A stretch of 63,867 bases of DNA, the filler included, from Thraustochytrium aureum (lineage: Eukaryota): assembly GCA_012862495.1 (NCBI GenBank). It is 5 parts of 5 records of this genome, joined end to end, with 100 filler letters (N's around TTAATTAATTAA, not from the genome) between each part and the next. Parts side by side here need not be neighbours in the genome. Positions count along the whole stretch, not along the records: positions 28,700 to 49,253 come from BLSG01000272.1; 4 more parts are not named here. The stretch is one strand, 5' to 3'. Under the pieces are notes generated by a model. The model did not search any database, was not told where the DNA came from, and worked only from the letters and a program-made list of their open reading frames with translations. A program made the position numbers and the translations under genes. Numbering within the stretch: position 1 is the first letter of the stretch; each line of letters starts with the position of its first letter. Shown here in pieces: positions 33,402 to 44,966 of this stretch.

Positions 33402-35300
33402 TCATCGCGTGAAGAGCTGGTTGGTAAAGCTGACATAGTCGCCGCCGCCAATGCCCTCCATCAAGTACGCAGCGAGGTCGGGGCCCATCGCCTGGAACGA
33501 GGACTGGATCTGCTCGGGCGAGATGCTCGCCGCGCCGCCGCTGACCGACTTGAACGCGTCAACGACGTCCTCCTGCGAGTCGCCCGTCTGCACCTCCTCC
33601 ACAAAAAAGGCCGTAAAGTCGTCGAGCGTAAAGTGCATGTCCGCCTTGCGAGCGCGCATGCGCGACTCCAGCTCGTCGTCCTCAAGGTCGATCCCCGCGC
33701 CGAGGCAGGCCTCCTTGAGGTCCGCGAGCCGCAGCTTGCCGTCGTTGTCCGTGTCAAACACGCGAAAGATCTCCTGGATCTCCTTGAGCTGCTCCGCGGG
33801 AATCTCCAGCGCCTTTTGCGCCATCAGCTGCGCCTGCACCGCGTCGTCCGTGCGCTTGATGGCCTTCGTGAGCTGCTCGTACTGCGCGCGGAGCGAGTAG
33901 ATCGTGTGCGCCGTGTGCGGATTGGCAACCACGTTGGCGTCGTCGCAGGCCTGCGCGGCCGCATTCACCTGCGCCAGGCGCNNNNNNNNNNNNNNNNNNN
34001 NNNNNNNNNNNNNNNNNNNNNNNNNNNNNNNNNNNNNNNNNNNNNNNNNNNNNNNNNNNNNNNNNNNNNNNNNNNNNNNNNNNNNNNNNNNNNNNNNNNN
34101 NNNNNNNNNNNNNNNNNNNNNNNNNNNNNNNNNNNNNNNNNNNNNNNNNNNNNNNNNNNNNNNNNNNNNNNNNNNNNNNNNNNNNNNNNNNNNNNNNNNN
34201 NNNNNNNNNNNNNNNNNNNNNNNNNNNNNNNNNNNNNNNNNNNNNNNNNNNNNNNNNNNNNNNNNNNNNNNNNNNNNNNNNNNNNNNNNNNNNNNNNNNN
34301 NNNNNNNNNNNNNNNNNNNNNNNNNNNNNNNNNNNNNNNNNNNNNNNNNNNNNNNNNNNNNNNNNNNNNNNNNNNNNNNNNNNNNNNNNNNNNNNNNNNN
34401 NNNNNNNNNNNNNNNNNNNNNNNNNNNNNNNNNNNNNNNNNNNNNNNNNNNNNNNNNNNNNNNNNNNNNNNNNNNNNNNNNNNNNNNNNNNNNNNNNNNN
34501 NNNNNNNNNNNNNNNNNNNNNNNNNNNNNNNNNNNNNNNNNNNNNNNNNNNNNNNNNNNNNNNNNNNNNNNNNNNNNNNNNNNNNNNNNNNNNNNNNNNN
34601 NNNNNNNNNNNNNNNNNNNNNNNNNNNNNNNNNNCAGGTACGCCACCTGTGACTTTTCGTCCGGCGAGGCCACAACGTCTTCCGCGTCCAGCAGCTTGGC
34701 GATCTTGAGCTTGTCCTCTGCCGTCTCGAACGCCTTGTTGCAGTTGCCCACCGCGTCGTCGGCGGTCAGCGAGTCAAAGTCCACCAGATCGGGCCTGTAC
34801 CTGTGAATCAGCGCGTTGAACGCGAGTCCGTCCTTCCACGACGAGGTAAAGTCGGTCACGTTCACGCCGTTGTAGCCCTTGGTCGAGCGCTGGAGCCACA
34901 GCAGCAAGCCAGCCTTGCCGTCGGCGCCGGCCACTTCAAACCGCAGGATGATGGTCCATAGCAGACCGAGGATCAGCTTCTCGTTGCCCTTCAGGATGTC
35001 GCTCGACCCGATGTTGACCAGCTGGATGTCGTTCTTGCGAATAAAGTCCAAGCACTGGTTGAGGTTTTCCAGCTTCTGGATGTCGATCTTGGGGTTCTTG
35101 TTCAGCTTGCCCACGTTCTCGCCCGAAATCTTCGCCAGGAGCTTGCTCAGCACCAGGCCGTCCGCCAGGTCCTCCACCAGGCTGTTGATCTTGGCATCAT
35201 CCGGGAGGTACTGGTTCGACCACCGCGTGAAGGTCTTGCGCTGAATCCCAATCCACGCTTCGCGGTCCTCGGCGCTGTGCACGTTGCCCGCCGTCACCAT
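33402..35300 (-). CDS. ACTN: Alpha-actinin (two CH domains, spectrin repeats mostly in the gap, C-terminal EF-hands)
   Basis: WIGIQRKTFTRWSN, DLADGLVL, LVNIGSSDILKGNEKLILGLLWTIILRF, DFTSSWKDGLAFNALIHRYRPDL, LLDAED. After the gap: NPHTAHT, EIFRVFDTDNDGKL, DYVSFT. Confidence 0.93.
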   Translation of the reverse strand: MVTAGNVHSAEDREAWIGIQRKTFTRWSNQYLPDDAKINSLVEDLADGLVLSKLLAKISGENVGKLNKNPKIDIQKLENLNQCLDFIRKNDIQLVNIGSSDILKGNEKLILGLLWTIILRFEVAGADGKAGLLLWLQRSTKGYNGVNVTDFTSSWKDGLAFNALIHRYRPDLVDFDSLTADDAVGNCNKAFETAEDKLKIAKLLDAEDVVASPDEKSQVAYLXXXXXXXXXXXXXXXXXXXXXXXXXXXXXXXXXXXXXXXXXXXXXXXXXXXXXXXXXXXXXXXXXXXXXXXXXXXXXXXXXXXXXXXXXXXXXXXXXXXXXXXXXXXXXXXXXXXXXXXXXXXXXXXXXXXXXXXXXXXXXXXXXXXXXXXXXXXXXXXXXXXXXXXXXXXXXXXXXXXXXXXXXXXXXXXXXXXXXXXXXXXXXXXXXXXXXXXXXXRLAQVNAAAQACDDANVVANPHTAHTIYSLRAQYEQLTKAIKRTDDAVQAQLMAQKALEIPAEQLKEIQEIFRVFDTDNDGKLRLADLKEACLGAGIDLEDDELESRMRARKADMHFTLDDFTAFFVEEVQTGDSQEDVVDAFKSVSGGAASISPEQIQSSFQAMGPDLAAYLMEGIGGGDYVSFTNQLFTR

Positions 35301-35317
35301 CGTCCTCGCCACCCTCT

Positions 35318-35392
35318 CCTGCTGCTACTCCTGCTGCTACTCCTGCTGCTGCTGCTGCTGCTGCTGATGCTGCTGTCTCGCGCTGATGCTGA
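35318..35392. repeat. (CTG)n microsatellite in the 5' flank of alpha-actinin
   Basis: Directly visible. Confidence 0.85.
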
Positions 35393-36082
35393 TGCGGGTC
35401 TGTCTGCTGCTGCGCGTTCCTCGTCAACTCCTGTCATCGAGGAAAATCCCAAAGATACGACCTTGTTCTTGTAGCATCAGACTCCCAATAAATATGTGCA
35501 CAGTGCCTGGTTGTGCATTAGCGGAACACGGCGCCGGGACACCTGGAGCGTTCAGCCCCAGCGCCAGCTCGCAGTCGGCGAGTGGGCTGCGGCGTTCGCG
35601 GCGCCGTGCGACACAAGGCCCGCCCTGCCGCGCCACGGCTGCTGCGGGTACTCCGCGGCTTGACCTGCGCTGGGGCTCCTGGATTTCCTCCTTTCTGCAG
35701 ATTCGCCATGCGCGACATGATGCGCCAATGCCGGCGCGATCCTCGCCGCGCCCGAGGCGGACGGACGCCGCGGNNNNNNNNNNNNNNNNNNNNNNNNNNN
35801 NNNNNNNNNNNNNNNNNNNNNNNNNNNNNNNNNNNNNNNNNNNNNNNNNNNNNNNNNNNNNNNNNNNNNNNNNNNNNNNNNNNNNNNNNNNNNNNNNNNN
35901 NNNNNNNNNNNNNNNNNNNNNNNNNNNNNNNNNNNNNNNNNNNNNNNNNNNNNNNNNNNNNNNNNNNNNNNNNNNNNNNNNNNNNNNNNNNNNNNNNNNN
36001 NNNNNNNNNNNNNNNNNNNNNNNNNNNGCGCGGCGCCAGGCCAGGCGCGCCAGGCATCGGGCACCGGCCAGCGAGCGGGAAG

Positions 36083-37395
36083 ATGCTCAGCGCGGTCGTG
36101 CTGCGGACGCTCGGACGGGCCACGCGGGCTCCAGCTGCGGCCCCGGCGAGAAGGTGGCTCGCGAGCGCGAGCGCGGCCGGAGGAGACTCGGCAAGGGTGG
36201 AGAGCTTTGCTGTGAGTGCCAGAAGCGGCGCGCCTGACAGGACGAAGGCCAAGTGAAGCTAACCTCGAATCTGCGCAGGGACAAGTCGGCGGCTCGCTGG
36301 AAGCGCGAGTGCAAGGGATCTCCCAAATTAGAGTCTTCCCGTCGGTTCTGGAGGACACGCGCGTCCGCATCGAAGACTCGAACGATGGCCGCGACTGGGT
36401 GATTGAGCAGACCAAGTCAGAGGAGGGCCGAGGCCAAATCCGCATCCTCCACAAGTCGGCCGGACCGGCCTCGCCCGTCGTGCTCGAGTGCTTCGTGCCC
36501 GTGCGCTCGTCTGTGACGATCGTCGCGGAAAAGGGCACAGTCTCAATCCCAGAGTTCCTGGAGGGCGACCTGCGCGTGAAGGCCGGCTTTGGCATCTCTG
36601 TTGCCAAGGTGCGAGGCGAGGTCGTCGACCTGGAGACGGCGAGCGGCGCCATCGAGGTCGGGAGCAAGGTGGAGACCCAAAAGCTGCGGCTAGTTACTGA
36701 GAGCGGCGCGATCAGGGCCCAAAAGCTGCTCGCGTCGCGCATGGACATCGACTGCGCGGGCGGCGAGCTCCAATTCAACTCGGCGTTCGTCGACACGGCC
36801 GCCGTCACTGTTCTCGGGGGAGGGGTCGACATTAATGGGTTTCACGGCACGATGCAGCTCGACCAGCGCGGCGCCCACAACGTCGCTGTGCGCGGCGTCA
36901 ACGGCGTGCTGGATTTGCGCACGAGCGGGCCAACCGAGACTGTCGTACAGTTCGATTCTGTGTTCCAAGGGCGCCGAGCGTCGTCAACTGCGGGACGGTG
37001 ACCTTGAGGTCGCCGTCCCGACCGACCAAACCATCCGCGTGCGTACACTCGCGCGCCGACGCGCCACGCTGCCTGAAAGCGGAATCGAGGTTGAAGGCGG
37101 GGAGTCCACGAACGCCGCTGGTCTGACGCTCAAGCAAGCGGACGCCACCATTGTGGGCCACGCCGAGCCAAGCCGGGCGGCGTTGCGCTCGGGAAAGATC
37201 AACACGGACGCGTCGTTCTCGAATCAGAATCTTTGGGGAGCGGCAGAGTCTGCGCGCGGAGTTGCTGAAGGCAACATGGACCCGAACGCAGACGCAGCGA
37301 TAAACCTCTTGGCGGCAGAGGGCGGCATCGTGGTGGAGTCTTTGGGCTGGGCTGATCGCATTCGGCGCCGCTTCACCGGACGGGCAACCTTGTGA
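36083..37395 (+). CDS. FAM185A-like / DUF4097 beta-repeat protein with probable mitochondrial presequence (frameshifts near 36250 and 36970-37000)
   Basis: MLSAVVLRTLGRATRAP...RRWLAS presequence. Repeated GxI/V beta units (KGTVSI, GFGISV, SGAIEV, SGAIRA, GGGVDI). C-terminal LGWADRIRRRF. Confidence 0.65.
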
Positions 37396-37522
37396 GCGTG
37401 CGAAAGGCATCCAGTAACAGTTTGTTGTTTTTATTTTTCTAAGGAAAAATAGAGATTTCTCTGGTCTGGCGTTCAGCCCTCTCCTTCGCCGAGCAAACAA
37501 GATCTGCCCAGTACCGGTAGAT

Positions 37523-39145
37523 CTACCCGCCGCCCGAGCCCGGCAGAGTTGCTTGGTTGCCGCCGCCACAGAGCTGTCTTGCACAGGACCAAACCTGAAG
37601 CGGGGGCCATTCGCTCGCGGGGTCTTCCACATTGAGGGTATAGTCGAAAAGGGCCATGGCCTCTCGCACAACTGGGCGTAAGGCGGCCGCAAAAGTTAGT
37701 TCAGAGCGTGCTTCTGGTGTGTGCTTTGTCCCCATGTACGAGCCGCGATGCTCCCAGAACGCGCGCTTGCTGGCCTCGAGCTTTGCCGCATCTTGGCGAA
37801 ACGAAAGGGGATACAGACCCTGCACAAAGTTGGCGACGCGTGCCAGCGGAGCCAGCTCGCCCGATACGAGGTCTTCAATCTTGACAACCAAGCTTTTGCG
37901 AGGCGAGGTGTTCGCCTGCAGCCATTTAACCGTGTCGAGGTTCCATTGCGCGTTGAACTCGAGGCGATTCCGTGTCCCGCCCTTGCAGACCACCTCGCCG
38001 CGCGGTTTATTCGCGTAGAGGTTTTTGCAGAGCTGCCTGTAAAAGAACTTTCGCTCCCCGCTGGTCGTGTCACGAAAGTCACGCACCATGTGGATGTAGA
38101 TCATGTCGTCCCCAAACAGCTCGCGAAAGTAAGGAAGGAGCATGGTGATGCGGGGCTGCTTGATCCCCCAGAGAATGCGAGGGTTGCTCTTGCAATTCCT
38201 CAGCTGCTGGCCAAGGATATTGAGAATCAGCTGGAACCCGATCCAGTAGGCATCGCGCCATTCTGGGTTGGCCGCAGCTGTGCCGTGCACCGAAAAGGTA
38301 AAATTATCCGACCTCTTCCACAGCCGTTGGTAAACCATGTGCGCGCGCACCTCTTCCACGTGGCTTGCGTTAAAGCAGGACCTGATCTTGTACCTTTTCA
38401 TGAATGCGATGGAGTCGCGCGAATCGCGCGTTGTTGCGCCAAAGTCCACTCCAAATTGCTCCAGGAACATCACCATCGAGCGCGTTCCAGAGTCGCCGAC
38501 ACCGCCAACTAGGATTGGTGGCCGGAAGTTGTCGCNNNNNNNNNNNNNNNNNNNNNNNNNNNNNNNNNNNNNNNNNNNNNNNNNNNNNNNNNNNNNNNNN
38601 NNNNNNNNNNNNNNNNNNNNNNNNNNNNNNNNNNNNNNNNNNNNNNNNNNNNNNNNNNNNNNNNNNNNNNNNNNNNNNNNNNNNNNNNNNNNNNNNNNNN
38701 NNNNNNNNNNNNNNNNNNNNNNNNNNNNNNNNNNNCCAAGGGTGGCTTTTAGCTCATCCAACTTGTGCAAGAGCCACGTTTTGCAAAGGAGGCCATCTTC
38801 TCGCCGGATCATGTCTTTGACGGTCTCGAATCTCTTCCAACGCCACGGCTCTTTCTCGACGGTAAGGTTGCCCTCTGACCTGCTCAGAGCTTGAACGTGG
38901 CCATTCTTGATCAAGTCGATGGCGCTTTCATCAGCGCCTGCCGCCCCATCGTCCACATCGATTGGTTTGATGTGCGAATCGCCCCCGGACTCGCTGACAG
39001 AAACGGAGACAGCCCAGTCCGAGGGAAGTTTGACTTGACGGACAGTGGCTCTCAGCACGAGCAAGAAGCTCCCCCCGTGCCACGGGTTGAGCAAGTACAC
39101 CAGGAGAGCAATCACGTAGACCTTCCACACCATCGCCTGCCCCAT
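37523..39145 (-). CDS. Type II membrane (Golgi-type) sulfotransferase family protein (internal gap)
   Basis: N-terminal TM; PAPS-loop-like PILVGGVGDSGTRSM; WGIKQPR; IYIHMVRDFRD; VVKIEDLV. Confidence 0.75.
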   Translation of the reverse strand: MGQAMVWKVYVIALLVYLLNPWHGGSFLLVLRATVRQVKLPSDWAVSVSVSESGGDSHIKPIDVDDGAAGADESAIDLIKNGHVQALSRSEGNLTVEKEPWRWKRFETVKDMIRREDGLLCKTWLLHKLDELKATLXXXXXXXXXXXXXXXXXXXXXXXXXXXXXXXXXXXXXXXXXXXXXXXXXXXXXXXXXXXXXXXXXXXXDNFRPPILVGGVGDSGTRSMVMFLEQFGVDFGATTRDSRDSIAFMKRYKIRSCFNASHVEEVRAHMVYQRLWKRSDNFTFSVHGTAAANPEWRDAYWIGFQLILNILGQQLRNCKSNPRILWGIKQPRITMLLPYFRELFGDDMIYIHMVRDFRDTTSGERKFFYRQLCKNLYANKPRGEVVCKGGTRNRLEFNAQWNLDTVKWLQANTSPRKSLVVKIEDLVSGELAPLARVANFVQGLYPLSFRQDAAKLEASKRAFWEHRGSYMGTKHTPEARSELTFAAALRPVVREAMALFDYTLNVEDPASEWPPLQVWSCARQLCGGGNQATLPGSGGG

Positions 39146-39890
39146 CGTGGCTTGCGCGGCTTGCGGCGGCAGGCAGTCTACAACTGCCTCGCCTGGCTTT
39201 TTCGTCCGCTCTGTCCTCGTGCGCCGCGACAACGGCGACGACCGTGGCTCCGTGGCTGACCGTCCCTGCAGGACCTTAAGGGCAGGCCAGGGCGCGGCCG
39301 GCAGTTGCGGCTCTGGGACGCTGGGGCCAAGGGGCGCTTTTCGGGCCTCACTGTCTATACATAGCTAGTACTCAACCTACAACTCGAGCAAGTTCTGTAC
39401 ACACGATCGACTCTCTGCAAATGGAAGCGAATTCGAATCACAGCAGAGTCGTGGATGCGCGTCTTGCGTTTTAGCGCCCTGTCCTGACCCATTCCGTGCC
39501 GCAAGCAAGCTCGCATCGCGCGTTCGTCCAGCCTCTTGCAGGCCACGACGGCTCCGGGTGCAGCTCCCTGCGAGGTTGCAGTCTTCTTGCGTCTCTGCGC
39601 GCTATGGCCCTCATGAACGACCCCGTTGTACCCTTGCGAAAGGGTCCAAAGGAGCCAAGCGAACAACGGAGCTGCTCGCCGTGGCCTCCAGGAAAAGGGG
39701 AAAAACAGAGCCAACACAACGCTCGCTGTGCCCGCACAGGCCGCACCGCGGGCTTGGCTGGCGCTCGAGGTTGCGCGCTGGCTGCCTGGCTGCCGGGCTG
39801 GGGGCTGGCTGCCTGGCTTCTTGCCTTGGGGCTAGCGGGTTTCGATGCTGCGGTGCTGGCTTGCGTCGGACCGCGTGCAAAAACCTTGCA

Positions 39891-41486
39891 ATGGCGCGCT
39901 GTGGCAACGATGCGGACAAGCTTCGGCCCGCGAAGAGTACCAGACTGGTGACCAGGAAAAGGGCTCCGCGAGCCACGTCTGCAGCCTCAGCGAGCACGGC
40001 GGAGCTGTGTTTGCAACCCGTGCCGCGGGTCGCCGCCAGACTGCAAGGTCCGCGACCTGGTGGCCACTTTCCGTTCCAGCCCTACACGCGCAAGGCTGTT
40101 GATGTTGCCTTGGCTGGACTTGGCCCCAAAACGCTCGTCTCCATCCTGGACCGTTCAACAGGCAAGTTGGCGCTCCGGCGCTTCACGCCCAACCTCTACG
40201 CGACACTGCGAAGGCCGCTCGAGGTTTTTGTCGGCCAGTGCGTTGTGCAATCGAGCGTGATGGACAGCCTCGTGAGCCGCTTAGGGGAGTTTTCTAGCTG
40301 GACTCGTAAGCAGCTCAACGCAAACAGGCGCTCGATCCCAACATGCGAGATGGATGGCACCTCTCGCGGCGCTTGTCTGCGGCGCACCACGGCCAGATTC
40401 CTCGTCGCGCATCTCGCGCAACGAACGAATATGCGCGTTGCCAACAAAACCGATCCATGCGTGCAGGCGCTTGTAAGAAGGACGCGAGGCGGGAAATACG
40501 TGTCCAGTAGGACTGCAGAGGCGGCTGCGCGTGCCACCGCTGCCTCAGGAAGACAGACGCGGCGCGAGACGGCCAGCGCGAGCGGCGCAGGTTTGCCTTT
40601 GCCGACCAGCCGGCCAGCAGAGGAGGTGCCCCCGAGAAGCTCGGATGCTGCCGCAGCGACGGTGAAGACGACGAACAGGAGGAGGAGGACGAGGAGCGCC
40701 TCGCCGACGTGGCGCTTCTCGCAAAGCAGTATCCGAGTCCCCACTGACGACGAGGAAAAGTGCAACGCAGTTTGTGCAACAGGCGTTCGCGGGCTTGCAA
40801 CCATGGTGCCGAGGGTCTCACGGAAGCGTCGAGCTGCTGTTCGGGTGAACCGGCGTTCCCGCTCCCCGAGCTCGTCGCCCCCACCGCCACGAGCGGACTC
40901 TGCCAGTGTACAATCGACAACTGTGATCGGCGATACAAATCAGGACGGTGCACGAGTTAGCTCGACGAGGCGCGAGCGGCGCCTGAACGACCGGAGAATG
41001 AACATGGCGACGATTCTGACAAGTCGCCACTCTGCGCTTTGCGACGTGGACCTGAGGGACATCATCAACCTGGACGTGTTTCTTGGCGAGCTGGACCGAG
41101 AGGACCGCGTCGCCTTGCTTGCGCTTGTCTCTCCGCTGGACCAGTCGCCACAGGGCATCGCGACGCTGTTTTCAAACAACATGCAATTGCGATCTTGCTT
41201 CTCCGTGTTGCAGGACGCCTTGGGCGCTGGGCACCTGCAGCCAGTACGTTGTCACAGGAGTGGCGGCGGCAAGAGGAAGAGGCAAGTCGAGGTGGCTCGC
41301 GACGACGATGAGGGGGACAAGCCACCTGTGCTAAGGCGCGGCAGGGGGCGCTCGAGCGGGGTGGACTTTAGCCAGCTTGAGCGCGACATTTGCAAGCATT
41401 TTGCGGCCAAGGGAGACCCGCAACCAGCAGCGAGCGCTCTGCGTGTGGCACGCACGCGGTCGCGCGATGCGTTGGCCAAGACGTAG
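39891..41486 (+). CDS. DEUBAD (ASX-homology) domain protein
   Basis: LTSRHSALCDVDLRDIINLDVF..LDREDRVALLALVSPLD...LFSNNMQLRSCFSVLQDALGAGHLQP follows the ASXH/DEUBAD pattern. Basic NLS-like tracts. Start uncertain. Confidence 0.65.
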   Translation: MARCGNDADKLRPAKSTRLVTRKRAPRATSAASASTAELCLQPVPRVAARLQGPRPGGHFPFQPYTRKAVDVALAGLGPKTLVSILDRSTGKLALRRFTPNLYATLRRPLEVFVGQCVVQSSVMDSLVSRLGEFSSWTRKQLNANRRSIPTCEMDGTSRGACLRRTTARFLVAHLAQRTNMRVANKTDPCVQALVRRTRGGKYVSSRTAEAAARATAASGRQTRRETASASGAGLPLPTSRPAEEVPPRSSDAAAATVKTTNRRRRTRSASPTWRFSQSSIRVPTDDEEKCNAVCATGVRGLATMVPRVSRKRRAAVRVNRRSRSPSSSPPPPRADSASVQSTTVIGDTNQDGARVSSTRRERRLNDRRMNMATILTSRHSALCDVDLRDIINLDVFLGELDREDRVALLALVSPLDQSPQGIATLFSNNMQLRSCFSVLQDALGAGHLQPVRCHRSGGGKRKRQVEVARDDDEGDKPPVLRRGRGRSSGVDFSQLERDICKHFAAKGDPQPAASALRVARTRSRDALAKT

Positions 41487-41656
41487 ACTTGTTTCCGCGC
41501 TGGAGTATGCGTTGGGGCCAAAAGTGAGGACTAGACTCGGCAGCCCAGGAGAGCGGTTGTAGAAGCGAGGGAAGCGACACGTTTGTCTCTTTAGCTAAAG
41601 AAATCGATCGAGAACGAGTAGAGCTCAAGGGGCTGGCTCTGCGTGCTGTTCGCAAG

Positions 41657-43964
41657 CTACGCGGCCACCAAGAGGGGGCCGTCGTTGGATGTGCGCTCCG
41701 ACGGCTTGCAGTTCAGCGTGGACGTCTTGAAAACGGCCACGCCAGTTTCCGGCAGTGCGCAGTTCCCGTGCACAAAGGAGCCCGCTGGCGTGCGCACAAC
41801 GATTTGGACCTCTTCACCGGCCGCGCCGCTTACTCGGACAGAGAAGCCGTCGCTGTTGACGTCGAGGTCCCGGAAGCGGTCGTTGCTGACAGGCACCCAC
41901 TTGGTCGTGGCCTCCCCGAGCAAGGCCCAGCCGTTGAAGAGCACAGGAGCTACTGCGACGACGCGCACGTCGGCAGCGCTCGTCTTGGCCACGGCGAGCG
42001 GGAGGGGCAGGGCCGCGAACGGCTCGCCAAGGTACCAAGCAACGAGCTGGTCGGCGGACGTTCCCTCGGACGCGATCACGTCCCCCGCGTCAAGCGTAAA
42101 TTTCGGCGCTCCAGCAGCAAGGAAATACGTGTACGTAACGCGGGAGAGGGTGGCGTGCGTAATCCAGACCTGCCCGCGCTGCTCGGACGCGACGCTGAGG
42201 CCAGCCTCGGCAAGGATTGTCGCGTCCGTTCGCACAGCTGGGACGTCCGGGCGAAGCAGCTTGCCGTTCGCCGCGCAGGAGCGCATGATGAGCGTCCTGT
42301 CGAGGCTGCCGATTTCGTCCGAGGGTGCGACAGGGCCGGTGGAGTATGTCGAGACCACTGCGTGCGCGACAGAGGCATGCTCTGCGTGGCCGCTGTAGCG
42401 GTTCTTCCACGACGCAGTGGAGTTGGACCAAAAAGTTGTCCTTCGTCGGGGGCCAGGCAAGCGCATGCGTAAACATGCTGGTGATCCCGAGCGGGATCCA
42501 CTGGTTGTTGCCCGGCTGGTAGTCTTCTGAGGCGCGAACCTGCGTCACGGCCGGGGTCTCGAGCGACTGCAGGACGTGGCGCGGGAGCGACATGCAGTAC
42601 TGGATGTTTACGTTGTGGATCTCGGCGGCGCGACCCATGCGGAGGAGCCAGTCCCGAGCCACGGAGACACTTTGCAGCGTCGCGTTCATGGACAAGAACT
42701 GGACGTTGAGCCAGTCCTGCTCGTACACGGTGAGGCCCCACTGCTTTGCTTGCAGGAAGAGGTCCTCCCAGAAGCGCTGCTCCAGCGGTAGCGCCTTGTC
42801 CCCTTCAATGATAAAGTCGTAGTCGCCCCCGTTCTGTCGTGCATAGTCGGTGTCCGAGGACCAGTACCGGTTGTGCGCCACTACCTCCCACCCAGTCACG
42901 TCGCGGATCTTGGAGATGCCTTCCGGGAAGACGCTTGGCATCGCCTCCCAGCGCTTGACGCCCTCCCCGGCGCCCTTGTAGTACCACCACGAGTCCATGA
43001 GCCACTGGCGCACCGGGATGGAGGCCTCTTGGAGGCCCTTGTGGATCTCGATCATGGCCTCTTGGTACGTCGGCGCCCCGCCCGTAAAGTAGTAGTAGTA
43101 GGCCCCGTTGTCGGTGCTGAACTGCAAGTACTCGGTGGTCACGTCCCGGGGTCGCACCGTGCGGTACTGGAGCCGGAGCTTTCTCCCCCAGTCCATCACG
43201 GCGCGCCGAATTCCGTCGGGCCGCCCTGCAATGGAGCTCGCCGAGACGAGCGTCGCCATCTGGTGCCCCGCGGGAACCGAAGTCACAGACCCCATAACGC
43301 CAAACCCGAGCTCGTTCCGGTCGCGCAGGTACAGGTTGCTGGACGACATGAAAGCAGCCGAGGCCGAGAGGACCAGGGCGCACTTGTCAGAGAAGAGCGC
43401 GAGCGGGCCGCTCTCAAGTCCGTTCAGGTTGAGCATCTTGTCGTCCCAAGCCTCGATCTTGAAGCCGTTCCCGCCGGCCATGAGGCCATTCAGGCGCAGC
43501 GCGCCCAGGGGGGGCGCGTCGCTTGCGCCACCGCGAACCTTGAAGGACGGGAACCAGCTCGACATGCCGTTGGTGCCGCTTTCGGCGGCGGTTTTGCCAG
43601 GCGCTGCGGTGTCCTGAAACGTGTCCAAATAGTGCTGCCTAAACTCGAGCGCGCCGGCTTGGGCGTACTGCCGCAGCGCGACGCCCCAGCGGGCCTTGGC
43701 CTCCACCTGAAATACGTGCGAGTGCTCCGTGTAGTCTCCGAGGGCCGAGGAGCCAGGCTTGCCGTTCACCCCAGCAAACAAGGCCCCGCCTTGCGCGTCT
43801 GGAGCGCACCACTCTGCCCCTCCGACGCGCACGCACGGCTTCCCAACCTCGAGCCACCGCTCGCCGCCAACAAGCACGTGTCCATTCTCATAGGCAAGCT
43901 CGCACGGGTCTCCAGCCGCTGCGGCGGTCACGACGGCGGCGGCCGCGACGCGGAGCACGCGCAT
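41657..43964 (-). CDS. Secreted glycoside-hydrolase-like TIM-barrel protein (GH-D clan / raffinose-synthase-like); frameshift near 42432
   Basis: Signal peptide MRVLRVAAAAVVTAAAAG. Motifs TDNGAYYYY, WLMDSWWY, FPEGI, HNRYWS, WGLTVYEQDWL, IQYCM, RASEDY, KDNFWS, STGPVAPSDEIG, SCAANGKLLRPD. Confidence 0.7.
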
Positions 43965-44966
43965 CTCTCTCGCCCAGCCGAGCAGCCGGGGCGCCCAACC
44001 GCGCCAGGTCCAGCCAGAGGCCGTTGCGCGCCACAACAGGGACGGCCCAGCCAAGCCCACAGGTCTCCTCGCGCTCGCGCACGGCGTGACACAATGCGAC
44101 GCAGGTCTGGGCCAACTCGACCGGCATCAAGTGCAGGAGGACAACGACAGATCCATGGACGACGAGCGTCCCACGCGGCCCAATCGAGCCGCTCGCGCCA
44201 CTCTATCTCTCCACGCGCGACACGCGCGAGCGGTGGAGGAGCTGCCCGGCGGCTTGGCGATGGTGGCGCGACGTGTCTGCCCGAGGGCCGCTGGACTGAT
44301 AGGATNNNNNNNNNNNNNNNNNNNNNNNNNNNNNNNNNNNNNNNNNNNNNNNNNNNNNNNNNNNNNNNNNNNNNNNNNNNNNNNNNNNNNNNNNNNNNNN
44401 NNNNNNNNNNNNNNNNNNNNNNNNNNNNNNNNNNNNNNNNNNNNNNNNNNNNNNNNNNNNNNNNNNNNNNNNCGGTGGTCCAGGGCGCTGGCCGTCCCTT
44501 GACCTTCGGCAGACACGATGTTGTGCTCGCGAGGCTCACGATGCGCCGGCGCGTTGGCGAGGGCGCGGCTCGCAATCGGAGCGTCTGCGGCGCTGTCGCA
44601 CCTGGACACGAACACGTCCTGCGAGCCTTGCGGGATGGGGATCATGGGACGGCCCGCGCGGGGAGTTGCACACGCGTGAGTAAGTACCGGTACACGCCAG
44701 CCTGCGAGCCTCGCGGGGTGCGTTGGCCCGGTCTCCAGTCCCGGTGGAATTGCGCACGCGTGCGTGCGCTCGCGCAGGCGACCCTTGTGGGATGCGTGGG
44801 ATTGATTCATCATCGTGCCAGTGGGATGGGACGCCAATCGAACGTTCGTTTTGATCCTGTCGGATCTATTCGTTCGGGCGTGGGCAGCGCGAGACGCGAG
44901 ACAGCAACAGACCTTGATCGGGGACCGACACGCAGGAGCTGCTGGAGGCGGGCGTGCGGGGCGAGT

